Of a stretch of 27,509 nucleotides of DNA, positions 10,401 to 19,672 are shown piece by piece (within the stretch, counting starts at the first letter, position 1; every line of letters starts with the position of its first letter). The notes below the pieces were generated by a model, which saw only the letters and a list, made by a program, of their open reading frames with translations, ran no database searches and had not been told where the DNA came from. A program made the translations under genes and the position numbers. Origin of the DNA: an uncultured virus (IMG/VR IMGVR_UViG_3300022602_000035) (Duplodnaviria > Heunggongvirae > Uroviricota > Caudoviricetes); the IMG/VR virus record IMGVR_UViG_3300022602_000035; one strand, 5' to 3'.

Positions 10401-11273
10401 GTAGCGGGGGTTACACCAGCTACAGTCACTGGTGTTACACGTTCAGCAACATTTAACCTATGGCAAGATGGTGCTAACAAATCGTTCTCAGCAGGTAGTG
10501 CGGCGGCACATAATGCCAACGTGTCGGTTCGTGTTATATCAGCTACATCAGCACCGAGCTTGAATCACTGGGGTAGTGCAATTATCCTAGACGGTGGATT
10601 TGACGTTGACCGCGGTTATGCTTATACATATTCAACAGCAAACGTTGCGTTCCCAACAGGCCTAGCAGCAGGTAACACAACAGTTACATCGTTTGCTATG
10701 CGTTTGTCTCCTGCGGTAAGTAACCAAATTCCAGGTGATCTAGGACAACGTGATCTAGTTAATCGTGCGCAGTTATTGTTACAAAACATGATTATTAACT
10801 TCTCTGGTAATAACGTATCAACTACAACTGGTGCACGTTATCTAATTGAAGGTATTTTAAATCCAAATAACATCAGCACTACAAGTACCACATGGGGTTT
10901 TATGTACAACAGTCCATATAATGCAACAACTAACCCAAGTGGTGCTATCCAACCAAGCTATACGCAGATTGCCTATGGTAACGTTTCTGGTGCAGTTAGT
11001 CAAACTGGTCAGATCAGCTTTACTACCAGTGGTAGTGGCGTAACATGGGCCACAGGCGGTGAACGTTTGTTTGCTATCCCGGTTAACTATACTAACTCAG
11101 GTCAGCTAGACTTGTCAATGGTTAAACAATTGGGTAACAGTGGTATTCCAGGATACAACATCTATCCAGACGGTCCAGAGTTATTAGCAATTAATATTAC
11201 TGCTCTTGTACCAACTGCTAACGTTGCAGTTACAGGTGAAATTCAAATTCAATGGAACGAATCACAAGCGTAG
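7455..11273 (+). CDS. large virion structural (tail/baseplate-associated) protein, 1272 aa
   Basis: Long T/S/G-rich beta-type ORF in the late operon. Confidence 0.75.
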   Translation: MARQQLRNYVFTPAGAGVGTVKVPGNFAGAQILTILNTTSQTFIYNFADPTLGAVITWQSTPDVNFPTSIDGVTTITLTTGTASMNASDKLAIYAEVPYVAQRPFATDAVERLRIANPQSLIDADFEYGLQNTKWQSLFTNNDNPSIYEVPGSDIYANIISYVGFTGAAVTSNSQTSVVISNNGVAGNNAPNWTPGDFAVTWNPYVANPPATTYLTANVASENQRGLTVQSSSGFSVGQNIIISYAPTAVSGPTTTVSTSNLSPGTTSLSVTSGTNIATGSMIMVFTANTTSALGFQTELMTVTAGGGSTSLTVARNRLGSNAGNAYITSGAAVYVVAQAEVANIVSIPNSTTINVNRAYMNTISQDLLAQGSVIQAINWDASTGSGTNVEIIQTTIIGNAAGNTATIARGAMGTTAVSALGSGSPVLRLSGIFVAGSANLPLIGVNLPGHHFVSNGAVSTTNHVDTNSEGQYQVVNTYPNYFTYYPRRGSAATVGYQLNRWDTQIRYAGFYGTASLPQVSFTSDGATPSTITGTTAYAHGLAPATPILANLIAATNSVYCNGSFTILSIPTPTTFTFQAKAGASVTGPITGAIYARPSAFFTHRAADGGVLLGTGTPHHGASAARQTKKYFRYQSGKGLMWTSGTLLGSNFDLTAVSSTGTGAGSTITVTTDQEHQLQIGANIQISGITTTGYNGYYLVQAITGDHTFQVNAASSLGDTGANVIYQNQPKATTVSWIGASVRAGIFDAQNGVFFENTGTQINVVQRSATYYMTGTVSVEVATNLCTGDGTCHFTQQYVAGDKIVLRGMTHTVTSIIDDNQLTISPVWRGLTNQTRIKPSKVVERRVQQAQWNLDRLDGTGPSGYLMDPTKMQMLMIQYTWYGAGFVDYGVRGQNGNYVFCHRFMNNNLNYQAYMRTGNLPARYEAINDTPYQILSAAMGSGDTTFTIYDSTQFPTPTPTSPVYALIDNEIVKCTGITPGSTVAGVTPATVTGVTRSATFNLWQDGANKSFSAGSAAAHNANVSVRVISATSAPSLNHWGSAIILDGGFDVDRGYAYTYSTANVAFPTGLAAGNTTVTSFAMRLSPAVSNQIPGDLGQRDLVNRAQLLLQNMIINFSGNNVSTTTGARYLIEGILNPNNISTTSTTWGFMYNSPYNATTNPSGAIQPSYTQIAYGNVSGAVSQTGQISFTTSGSGVTWATGGERLFAIPVNYTNSGQLDLSMVKQLGNSGIPGYNIYPDGPELLAINITALVPTANVAVTGEIQIQWNESQA

Positions 11274-11291
11274 TATAACTGTAGTGTAAAG

Positions 11292-11318
11292 AATAGGACC
11301 TACGGGTCCTATTTTTTT
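11292..11318 (+). terminator. Rho-independent terminator with cUACGg loop
   Basis: AATAGGACC-TACG-GGTCCTATTTTTTT. Confidence 0.9.
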
Positions 11319-11319
11319 G

Positions 11320-11327
11320 AATAAATA
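11320..11327 (+). promoter_or_regulatory. T4-late-like promoter (AATAAATA)
   Basis: Directly after a terminator and before the long fibre gene. Confidence 0.65.
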
Positions 11328-11350
11328 CTTAGAACAATTAGAGAGTAACA

Positions 11351-14300
11351 ATGGCATTAACTAGACCAAAATATAGTCAAATTTATGATACTGACTGGAA
11401 ACAACCAGTACGTGTAGCCACAACTGGTGATGTAGGAAATCTTGTTGTAGGTAATACTCAACCTAACACAGTTGACGGTGTTAGTCTATCATCATTAGAT
11501 CGTATCCTAGTTAAAGATCAAGGCAACAGCCAACAGAACGGTCTTTACTATGTACTCAGCGTTGGTACAGGTTCAAACGGCTGGTGGATACGCTCTCAAG
11601 ATGCTGATACCAACGGCAATGGTAAAGTAACTTCTGGTATGACTACCACAGTCAGTGAAGGTAGTGTGAACATCAGCAAGACTTATAAATTATCTACACC
11701 TAATCCAATTACTTTAGGTGTTACTCCTTTAACATTTCTTAATCCTTTTGTAGCAGGTAGTGCACCTGGTGCTAACACACAGGTTCAATTCAATGATGGA
11801 GGAGTCAGTGGAGCAAGTTCTGGATTTACATTTAATAAAACCAACAGTGCAGCATATATCTCAGGTAACGTTACAGTAGGCGGTACTGGTTTATTTACAG
11901 GTCCTTATAACGAAAGTTCAACTACACCTGGTGTGTTTATCGGTAATACTGGTTCGGGAACGCCAAGTCCACGTATAGGTTTCTTCACTGGCAATGCTGC
12001 ATTAAATTGGCAAGTAGATAATTATGGCGGATCATTCCGTTGGTTTACTCCTGGCACTACTAGAATGACTTTGGATGTCAATGGTAACCTATCTATTCCG
12101 TCAACTACTACATCAACTTCAACAAGTACAGGCGCATTACAAGTAGGTGGTGGACTAGGTGTTGCTGGTAATGTTTATGCTACAACACACTACGGTAACA
12201 TCGGCGGTGGTAGCACCTTATCTGATGTATATATTACTGGTAACCTAATACCCACAGCTAATGTTACCTACAATTTAGGTAGCCCGACAAACAAATTTAA
12301 GAGTGCTTACTTTAGTGGCAATACTGTATACATAGGCAGTGAATCGATCAGCGTTGATGGTAGCGGTACTTGGGCATTCTCAAGTGCTGGCTCAACAGTT
12401 TCGATGGGTGCAAATGCATCGTTTAATCCGCCAAGTGCAAATATTTCCGGTAATTTAACAGCGGCAAATGTAACAGCAAATCATTATGGCACTATAATGA
12501 CAGCCAGTCAGCCTAATATTACTACTGTCGGTAACCTAACAAGTTTGAGTTTATCTGGTACACTACAAACAACTGGTATTATATATGGTAATAGTGGTAT
12601 TAGTGGTACATTGTTGACAGCAAGTCAGACAAATATTACATCATTAGGCAATTTAACAAGTTTGAGTTTATCTGGTACACTACAAACAACTGGTATTATA
12701 TATGGTAATAGTGGTATTAGTGGTACATTGTTGACTGCAAGTCAAACAAACATTACCTCACTTGGTAATTTAACAAGTTTGAGTTTATCTGGTACACTAC
12801 AAACAACTGGTATTATATATGGTAATAGTGGTATTAGTGGTACATTGTTGACTGCAAGTCAAACAAACATTACCTCACTTGGTAATTTAACAAGTTTAAG
12901 TATTGCTGGCACCAGCACACATTATGGATCAGCTACATTTAACGGTGGCATTACTGGTACACTACAAACAGCAAGTCAACCTAATATTACCACACTTGCA
13001 GGTGTAACCAGCATTGGTGCAAGTTCAAGTACTACTTTAACGGGTATACTACAAACAGCTGCACAGACAAATATTACTTCAGTTGGTTCCCTAACTACAC
13101 TAAATGTTCTAGGCAATACAACCATTGGCGGTAATTTAACTGTTACTGGTAGTATCACAACGATCGGTAATGTTAATAACATTACAATTACAGGTAATGC
13201 TGGTCAATTCTTTGGTAACGTTAACGGTTTTGGAGCCCTGTACGCAGGTATTGGTACTGGTTATTTTATAGAACCACAGACTACATTCCAAATATCAAGT
13301 AACTATAATGGCTACGCTATGCTTAATATGCAGAACGTTAACAGCGGGCCATTAGCATCTAGCGATCTTATACTAACACCAAATAATGGGTCAGCTAACG
13401 ATACATTCTTTGACATTGGTGTTGCAAGTAGCACATACAACTATCCAGGTTATAGTTTAATTAAACCAAATGATGGTTACTTAATTGCCTATGGTAATGC
13501 TACTATTGGTGGCGGTAATTTAATATTATCAACTGGCCTAGCCAATGACATTATATTTGCAGTAAACGGCACAAATACAGCCAGTGAATTTGGCCGTGTG
13601 CAGGCAAGTTCGAATGCACTGTTAATTAAATCAACAACTGCGGCATCAAATACCACAAGTGGTGCCCTACAGGTAGCTGGTGGTTTAGGTGTTGCTGGTA
13701 ACCTATATGCTGGTAACGTAAGTGCAACCTACATTGTAGGTAACGGTAGTTTGCTAACAGGCCTACCGGCTGGATATGCTAACACAAACGTGGCTGCCTA
13801 CTTGCCGGGATATACTGGCGCAAGCGGCATAACATCAGTTGGCACATTAACTGGTTTGACTGTTAGTGGTCTAGTTAACCATTCGTTAACCACAGCCAAT
13901 ACCGCAACTGCAATTTTAACACACGGTAGTGATGTTAACTTCCAATTAACGGCACAAAACGGAGTAGGATATAATACCACAGGTAGTGAAGTAGCACGCT
14001 TTGGTGTTAACTACAATACAGCAGGTTGGGATAGTTTTACACAATATGTTCGTGGTGCATCGAGTCAAAATGGTTACCAAAGTCTTTGGGCTGCTAATGC
14101 CCCAATCGCCAACGTTACATCATCCGGCGTAAGTGTAACTGGTACGGTTACAGCAACTACATTCAGTGGTGCTGGTACAAGTTTAACAGGTACAGCAAGT
14201 AGTTTAACGGCAGGAGCAGTCACAAACGGTTTCTACACTACAAGTTCATTTAATTTAGGTACTACAAGTATTGCCGTTAATAGATCAAGTGCCACACAAT

Positions 14301-15370
14301 CATTGACTGGCATTAATATTGATGGTAGTGCTGGTTCTGTACCAGCAAGCGGTTTAACTGGTAGTACATTAGCATCGGGTGTTACTGCAAGTAGTTTGAC
14401 TTCAGTTGGTACACTGGGTTCATTAACAGTATCTGGCACAGCAACTATTAGTAGTATTTCATTAACAAATGGTATCACAACCAGCACAGGTAGTAGTTAT
14501 TTGTCACAGGTGACTGCAACAAATGTACCTATTCAAGAAACAAACACTGAAGCCGCTGGTACTACCTATAAAGCATTTGTAAGGTCTGTTAACAATACAC
14601 GCACTTATACACTCGGTCGCTTATCTGATACTAATTTTGGATTCTATGGATTTCTAAATTCTAGAGTAACCAATGGTGTAGACTTTAGTTGCTATATGGA
14701 TAACAGCGGTAACTGGATTACATCAGGTGGGATAACTGCCAGTGGCAAAAGCACAATGGGTGCTACTACTAACCAAGGTGCTGCTGCAAGTTCTAGTTTG
14801 TATGTTTCAGGCGACATTACAGCCGCTAGATCAAGCACTACGGGTGTTATATACCTATCCACTGGTGGCAATGATTATCTTTACTTTGACGGTTCTAGTT
14901 ATAGCTTAGGTGGTACTACAGGACACTTTTCGGTAACATCGGCAGGTGCTATTACAGGCGCATCATTTAGCGGTATTTCAACCCAAGCGAAATACGCTGA
15001 CTTAGCTGAAAACTATACCAGTGACAAAAAATATGTTCCTGGTACTGTGGTAGTTTTTGGCGGTGACAAAGAAGTTACTATATCAACTGAGTCGCACGAT
15101 CCAGCAATAGCAGGTATTGTATCAACTGATCCAGCATATTTGATGAACAGCGAACTCGATGGTGTAGCAGTCGCACTACAAGGTCGTGTGCCATGTCGTG
15201 TACAAGGTCCAGTTAAGAAAGGTGATCGTCTAGTATCCAGCGACATGCCAGGTATTGCTACGGTCATGGATAAAACCTTATACGAGCCAGGTTGTATTAT
15301 TGGTAAAGCTCTAGAAGATATCACTGATGATCGTGTACACACCATAGAAGTAGTAGTTGGTAGAGTTTAA
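11351..15370 (+). CDS. long tail fibre with C-terminal intramolecular-chaperone (peptidase G2-like) domain, 1339 aa
   Basis: N-terminal DRILVKDQ...QNGLY...W.RS.DAD fibre module; TASQ.NIT repeats; C-terminus AKYADLAENY...GRVPCRV...IEVVVGRV. Confidence 0.85.
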   Translation: MALTRPKYSQIYDTDWKQPVRVATTGDVGNLVVGNTQPNTVDGVSLSSLDRILVKDQGNSQQNGLYYVLSVGTGSNGWWIRSQDADTNGNGKVTSGMTTTVSEGSVNISKTYKLSTPNPITLGVTPLTFLNPFVAGSAPGANTQVQFNDGGVSGASSGFTFNKTNSAAYISGNVTVGGTGLFTGPYNESSTTPGVFIGNTGSGTPSPRIGFFTGNAALNWQVDNYGGSFRWFTPGTTRMTLDVNGNLSIPSTTTSTSTSTGALQVGGGLGVAGNVYATTHYGNIGGGSTLSDVYITGNLIPTANVTYNLGSPTNKFKSAYFSGNTVYIGSESISVDGSGTWAFSSAGSTVSMGANASFNPPSANISGNLTAANVTANHYGTIMTASQPNITTVGNLTSLSLSGTLQTTGIIYGNSGISGTLLTASQTNITSLGNLTSLSLSGTLQTTGIIYGNSGISGTLLTASQTNITSLGNLTSLSLSGTLQTTGIIYGNSGISGTLLTASQTNITSLGNLTSLSIAGTSTHYGSATFNGGITGTLQTASQPNITTLAGVTSIGASSSTTLTGILQTAAQTNITSVGSLTTLNVLGNTTIGGNLTVTGSITTIGNVNNITITGNAGQFFGNVNGFGALYAGIGTGYFIEPQTTFQISSNYNGYAMLNMQNVNSGPLASSDLILTPNNGSANDTFFDIGVASSTYNYPGYSLIKPNDGYLIAYGNATIGGGNLILSTGLANDIIFAVNGTNTASEFGRVQASSNALLIKSTTAASNTTSGALQVAGGLGVAGNLYAGNVSATYIVGNGSLLTGLPAGYANTNVAAYLPGYTGASGITSVGTLTGLTVSGLVNHSLTTANTATAILTHGSDVNFQLTAQNGVGYNTTGSEVARFGVNYNTAGWDSFTQYVRGASSQNGYQSLWAANAPIANVTSSGVSVTGTVTATTFSGAGTSLTGTASSLTAGAVTNGFYTTSSFNLGTTSIAVNRSSATQSLTGINIDGSAGSVPASGLTGSTLASGVTASSLTSVGTLGSLTVSGTATISSISLTNGITTSTGSSYLSQVTATNVPIQETNTEAAGTTYKAFVRSVNNTRTYTLGRLSDTNFGFYGFLNSRVTNGVDFSCYMDNSGNWITSGGITASGKSTMGATTNQGAAASSSLYVSGDITAARSSTTGVIYLSTGGNDYLYFDGSSYSLGGTTGHFSVTSAGAITGASFSGISTQAKYADLAENYTSDKKYVPGTVVVFGGDKEVTISTESHDPAIAGIVSTDPAYLMNSELDGVAVALQGRVPCRVQGPVKKGDRLVSSDMPGIATVMDKTLYEPGCIIGKALEDITDDRVHTIEVVVGRV
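12500..12897 (+). repeat. 117-bp (39-aa) in-frame tandem repeat, about 3.4 copies
   Basis: AACAAGTTT recurs at 12538, 12655, 12772 and 12889; units 12655-12771 and 12772-12888 are identical. Confidence 0.95.
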
Positions 15371-15371
15371 T

Positions 15372-15401
15372 TTGACATCTAGTATATAAGTCATATATAC
15401 T
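15372..15401 (+). promoter_or_regulatory. sigma70-type promoter, probably giving a leaderless mRNA
   Basis: TTGACA(15372-15377)-18 bp-TATACT(15396-15401); ATG at 15408 with no SD. Confidence 0.7.
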
Positions 15402-15407
15402 ATAGCT

Positions 15408-17300
15408 ATGTCAAAGAATATTCTATTATTTAATCCATCCTTTAGTGCCAACAACATGCACTTACCCTACTTTTGGGCCAGTGCTAAAACATATTACGAG
15501 CGCCAAGGCAAAGAACCTAACAAATATAATTGGGTCAATCCCCTATTCAATTTCTATAACAATATAGAAGAAATAAAACAGTTTATACAGGCCAATCCGC
15601 CAGCAGTGTTTGGCATTAGTTTATATGTTTGGAATCATACATCGTCTATGGCTATCGCAGCCTGGGTTAAAGAAAACTACCCTGACTGTGTAGTAATCAG
15701 CGGCGGCCCGCATCAATATTTTAAACACGAAACTTCTTGGTTCCAAGATCATCCTTTCTTAGATGCCAGTCTGGCGGGGGATGAATACGGAGAAATTACC
15801 ATATGTGATATCTTAGACAACTTAGATAACCTGTCTTGGAACAAAGTTCATGCTGTAGTTTATCCAAATAAAAATAGAAAATTAATACTACAAAGTAGTA
15901 AAACAGCAAACAAACGAACATTTTGGTGGGAGTACAGTGCGTATGCTGATCAGTTTACTTTACTACAAGAATATAAGCAGGCATTAGACCTATACAATGA
16001 TTCTTATCGAGCATTGGGCATATTAGAAACAACCAGAGGATGTCCGTATTCCTGTACATTCTGTGACTGGGGAGGTGGTACTGGTTCTAAGGTAATAGCC
16101 CGAGACATGAAGTATGTTCGACAGGATATCGAATATATTGCTCAACTTGAAGTCGATGGAATGTTTATCTGTGATGCAAACTTAGGCATACTTAAAGAAC
16201 GTGATGTTGCTGTGGTGCAACATATAGCAGATACCAAAAAGAAATATGATAAATTTTATGCTATACATCATGGTGGATACGCTAAAACTCCCAAAGCACT
16301 ACCTTATATTAAACAAATATTAGAAATAGAAGCACAACACTATCTAACACGCTCTCTTACATATAAATTAAGCATACAGACTCTGGATCAACCTACACTT
16401 AAGAATATCGATCGCACAGATGTGTCATTAGAACATTATCTAGAATTAAGCAGGTATCTACAAGATAACCACGGATATGATGCTTATGCTGAAATTATAT
16501 GCGGACTGCCAGGAATTACTCCTGACAAGTTTTATCACGAGATGGATGTGTTTAGTAGTAACAATATTACAATGAATTTTTATGAATGGTACCTACTGCC
16601 CGAAACACCATCATATACTAAAGAGTACAGACAGAAATATCAATTGGGCACTGTTAAAAAATTGTATGGTGTAGACGCAACAGATGAATATACTGCAGAA
16701 TTTGAGCGCGAATCGGAAATGGTAGTTACTACCTATAGTTATACCTATGAAGATTACAAAGAGATGCAGATCAGTTACGGACTGTACCGAGCCATATGGA
16801 CAGGTGGATTCTTAGATAAAACGCTAAAACAACTTAATATTCCATTGGGTGAATTTGTTAAATCTCTATATCGAGAATTTTTTACTAAAACATCAAATGA
16901 TTTTATAGTGTCGTTAAACAAAACTATCAATCAAACGTTTGATGACTTTAAGAATAAAAGTACTAAATTGTTATTTACAAATGATTATCTAGATAATGCT
17001 GATCCTATTAGACTAATTATGTTTACTATATTTTTAAAATTAGATCTATTTAAACATGATCTAACCAGCTGGGTATCTAATAGATATAACATAGATATTA
17101 CAGCTGATATTAACAGCACAATAACCTACAATAATTATAAAACTAAAAAAGGTTTTATATTAAAGACCTATTACTATCACGATATATTTGAAGATGCTGG
17201 TGATCTCAATGAAATAGTTTCTAAATTATCAGGTTACTTAAGTTCAAGTGTACCAGTACCCCCGTTGCATTTTCTACGTGCCAAAACAACTTTATTTTAA
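15408..17300 (+). CDS. cobalamin-binding radical SAM protein, 630 aa
   Basis: N-terminal B12-binding-type motifs (GISLYVWN, VISGGPH); ETTRGCPYSCTFCDW CxxxCxxC; DAN and GLPG motifs. Confidence 0.85.
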   Translation: MSKNILLFNPSFSANNMHLPYFWASAKTYYERQGKEPNKYNWVNPLFNFYNNIEEIKQFIQANPPAVFGISLYVWNHTSSMAIAAWVKENYPDCVVISGGPHQYFKHETSWFQDHPFLDASLAGDEYGEITICDILDNLDNLSWNKVHAVVYPNKNRKLILQSSKTANKRTFWWEYSAYADQFTLLQEYKQALDLYNDSYRALGILETTRGCPYSCTFCDWGGGTGSKVIARDMKYVRQDIEYIAQLEVDGMFICDANLGILKERDVAVVQHIADTKKKYDKFYAIHHGGYAKTPKALPYIKQILEIEAQHYLTRSLTYKLSIQTLDQPTLKNIDRTDVSLEHYLELSRYLQDNHGYDAYAEIICGLPGITPDKFYHEMDVFSSNNITMNFYEWYLLPETPSYTKEYRQKYQLGTVKKLYGVDATDEYTAEFERESEMVVTTYSYTYEDYKEMQISYGLYRAIWTGGFLDKTLKQLNIPLGEFVKSLYREFFTKTSNDFIVSLNKTINQTFDDFKNKSTKLLFTNDYLDNADPIRLIMFTIFLKLDLFKHDLTSWVSNRYNIDITADINSTITYNNYKTKKGFILKTYYYHDIFEDAGDLNEIVSKLSGYLSSSVPVPPLHFLRAKTTLF

Positions 17301-17308
17301 GGACCAAC

Positions 17309-18055
17309 ATGTATAATTATTCTGGCAGATTCTTTGCTTTTGGCTGTAGTTTTACTACTAATAATAGTCGTCCAACTTGGGCAGACATAGTCGGCGCTCA
17401 GTTTAGTGAATATCAAAATTGGGCTCGTGGTGGTAGTGGCAATCAATATATCTTTAACAGTCTAATAGAATGTAATCAACGCAATAAGTTTACCAAAGAT
17501 GACACAGCAATGATCATGTGGTCTAGTACTACCCGTGAAGATCGATATGTTAAACATCGTAATGGTTGGATCAGCAACGGCAATATCTATAGACAAAACA
17601 TCTATCCTGAAGATTGGGTTAAACAGTTTGCCTGTGAGCGTGGTTACCTAATTAGAGATCTTGCTGTGATAGCTGCCGCATGCGATTTACTACGGGCCTG
17701 GGGTGTTAACTATAAAATGATGTCAATGATGCCTATACACATGCTTGAAGCATTAGATGATGTTACACTCACAGAGAATCACGACGTAATTAACTTATAC
17801 AAACCTGCATTAGATGAAATTGCACCTAGTGTATATGAAGTAATATTTAACAGTGAAAATTGGCAAAATCGAAAATCGAATTTTGGAGCTTGGGTTGATG
17901 TTGGCATTAGAGATGCACATCCAGATCCCTTAGAAGCATTAGAATATGTTGAAAAAGTATTACCAGACCTTACAATTAAGCAAGAAACCATTGATTGGGT
18001 ACAGAATTTTAAATACGGCACAGAAATTCCTTTTGTTCCCGTTGCACGTTTATAA
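17309..18055 (+). CDS. SGNH/GDSL-hydrolase-like protein, 248 aa
   Basis: FGCSFT (block I), N.ARGGSGN (block II), D.HP (block V). Confidence 0.6.
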   Translation: MYNYSGRFFAFGCSFTTNNSRPTWADIVGAQFSEYQNWARGGSGNQYIFNSLIECNQRNKFTKDDTAMIMWSSTTREDRYVKHRNGWISNGNIYRQNIYPEDWVKQFACERGYLIRDLAVIAAACDLLRAWGVNYKMMSMMPIHMLEALDDVTLTENHDVINLYKPALDEIAPSVYEVIFNSENWQNRKSNFGAWVDVGIRDAHPDPLEALEYVEKVLPDLTIKQETIDWVQNFKYGTEIPFVPVARL

Positions 18056-18060
18056 TTTGG

Positions 18061-18089
18061 TTGACAACTTCATTAACAGAGTATATAAT
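18061..18089 (+). promoter_or_regulatory. sigma70 consensus promoter
   Basis: TTGACA-17 bp-TATAAT, perfect consensus. Confidence 0.9.
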
Positions 18090-18117
18090 ACACACATACT
18101 TTAGAAATAGGCAGATT

Positions 18118-19431
18118 ATGAATACACCTTGGTCAGTAATAGCGCAGTTAGAAGCAGATAATAGTCGTCTTGCAAAGGAAGAAATTGTTGCCCGTGAAGC
18201 GGCAGCAGGAAACTCAGAATTCTTTCAAGGTGCAGGTCTTGCTTTAGATGCTATGGTTACATTCGGTGTTAAACAAGTAGAACCTAAAACTGGTCCAGGA
18301 AAAGGACTTAGTTGGGCAGGTTTTAAACAACTTGCCGATGCACTATCATCACGTCAACTCACCGGCAATGCGGCACAGACCGCGGTAAACTATGCTCGTA
18401 TGACTGCTACAGAAGAACAATGGAATCTATGGTATCGTCGTATCTTAATCAAAGACCTACGCTGTGGCGTAAGTGAAAAAACAATCAACAAAGTAGTGGA
18501 GAAAAAGTATGATAAAAGTTATTCTATTCCTGTGTTTACTTGCCAACTTGCTCATGATTCTGCCAATCACGAGTCTAAAGTGGTCGGAGAGCGACTCATC
18601 GAAGTCAAACTTGATGGAGTTCGTGTCTTGGCTATTGTGTATCCAACTGGGACTGTTAGTCTTTTTAGCCGGAACGGTAAATCATTGGACAACTTTCCAT
18701 TGGTTGAACGTCAACTAGGCAAACACGCTATATTCTTCAGTGAGCCAGTGGTATTAGATGGCGAGATTATGTCAGCAAGTTTTCAAGACTTGATGAAACA
18801 GGTACATCGTAAAAGTGATGTAGAATCAACTGATGCTGTGCTTAATTTATTTGATGTTATTACTCTACATGAGTTCCAACTAGGACGTGGCGAACATCGT
18901 CAGGTTGATCGTAGTGTTAGTTTGTTAGCATGGTACAATCAATTTAAAGACCATATGCCTAATGTTACTGTGGTAGGTCAAGAACTTGTAGATTTATCAA
19001 CAGAAGAAGGTCAAAAACGCTTCAAACAGATCAATAGTGATGCCGTTGCAGGTGGATATGAAGGCATTATGATTAAAGATCCTAGTGCAGTATATGAGTG
19101 TAAGCGTAGCGTTAGTTGGCTAAAACTTAAACCATTTATTGAAGTTAGTTTGGAGGTAGTAGATGTCGAAGAAGGGACAGGTCGTAATGAGGGCCGCTTG
19201 GGGGCTTTGGTGTGTAGTGGCCAAGATGATGGCCGTACTATTACTGTTAACTGCGGTAGCGGGTTTACTGATAACGATCGCGGAGTATTTTGGGCCAGTC
19301 GTGACCAGTTGGTTGGGCAAGTAGTTGAAGTACGTGCTGATGATGTTACGCAAAATCAGGATGGTACTTACTCCTTACGCTTTCCTAGGTTCTTGCGTTT
19401 TAGAGGATTTGAAGTTGGCGAAAAATTATAG
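18118..19431 (+). CDS. ATP-dependent DNA ligase (start revised to ATG 18118)
   Basis: EVKLDGVR (motif I), LDGEI (III), FDVI (IIIa), EGIMIKD (IV), WLKLKP (V), OB domain GSGF and SLRFPRF. The TTG at 18061 is the promoter -35. Confidence 0.95.
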   Translation: MNTPWSVIAQLEADNSRLAKEEIVAREAAAGNSEFFQGAGLALDAMVTFGVKQVEPKTGPGKGLSWAGFKQLADALSSRQLTGNAAQTAVNYARMTATEEQWNLWYRRILIKDLRCGVSEKTINKVVEKKYDKSYSIPVFTCQLAHDSANHESKVVGERLIEVKLDGVRVLAIVYPTGTVSLFSRNGKSLDNFPLVERQLGKHAIFFSEPVVLDGEIMSASFQDLMKQVHRKSDVESTDAVLNLFDVITLHEFQLGRGEHRQVDRSVSLLAWYNQFKDHMPNVTVVGQELVDLSTEEGQKRFKQINSDAVAGGYEGIMIKDPSAVYECKRSVSWLKLKPFIEVSLEVVDVEEGTGRNEGRLGALVCSGQDDGRTITVNCGSGFTDNDRGVFWASRDQLVGQVVEVRADDVTQNQDGTYSLRFPRFLRFRGFEVGEKL

Positions 19432-19672
19432 GTTAGCTCAAGAAGCTGACAAAGATAAAGTCTACGGTGCTCTTAAGGAGTTTACCTGTAACCCTCGTCT
19501 ATGGCGTTCAAGTCCAGTTGGACGTGAATATTGCCACTTGACAGAAGAAGGCAGAGAAGTTATAGTAGACATGATGCAGGATATGTTACGCACCATTGAC
19601 GCATTGGAACGTAAGGCATTTGATCAACGTGCTAAAGAAATTGTGTTTGAAACACTGAAAGGTAAAGAATGA
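19415..19672 (+). CDS. hypothetical protein (likely TTG start at 19415)
   Basis: SD GAGGA 7 nt upstream; avoids a long overlap with the ligase; ATGA coupling to the next gene. Confidence 0.65.
   Translation: MAKNYRLAQEADKDKVYGALKEFTCNPRLWRSSPVGREYCHLTEEGREVIVDMMQDMLRTIDALERKAFDQRAKEIVFETLKGKE

Noticed and set aside
12500..12897. CRISPR array
   Set aside because: The repeats are contiguous 117-bp in-frame units with no unique spacers, and no cas genes are present.
6652..15370. Diversity-generating retroelement TR/VR pair between the two similar fibre C-termini
   Set aside because: The similarity is at protein level with differences not confined to adenines, both copies are coding, and there is no reverse transcriptase in the window.
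18061..18117. N-terminal extension of the ligase from TTG 18061
   Set aside because: That TTG is the -35 hexamer of a consensus promoter; ATG 18118 lies downstream of the expected TSS.
19325..19414. Extended 5' part of ORF 19325 overlapping the ligase
   Set aside because: It would overlap a conserved ligase motif by about 100 bp; an SD-supported TTG exists at 19415.
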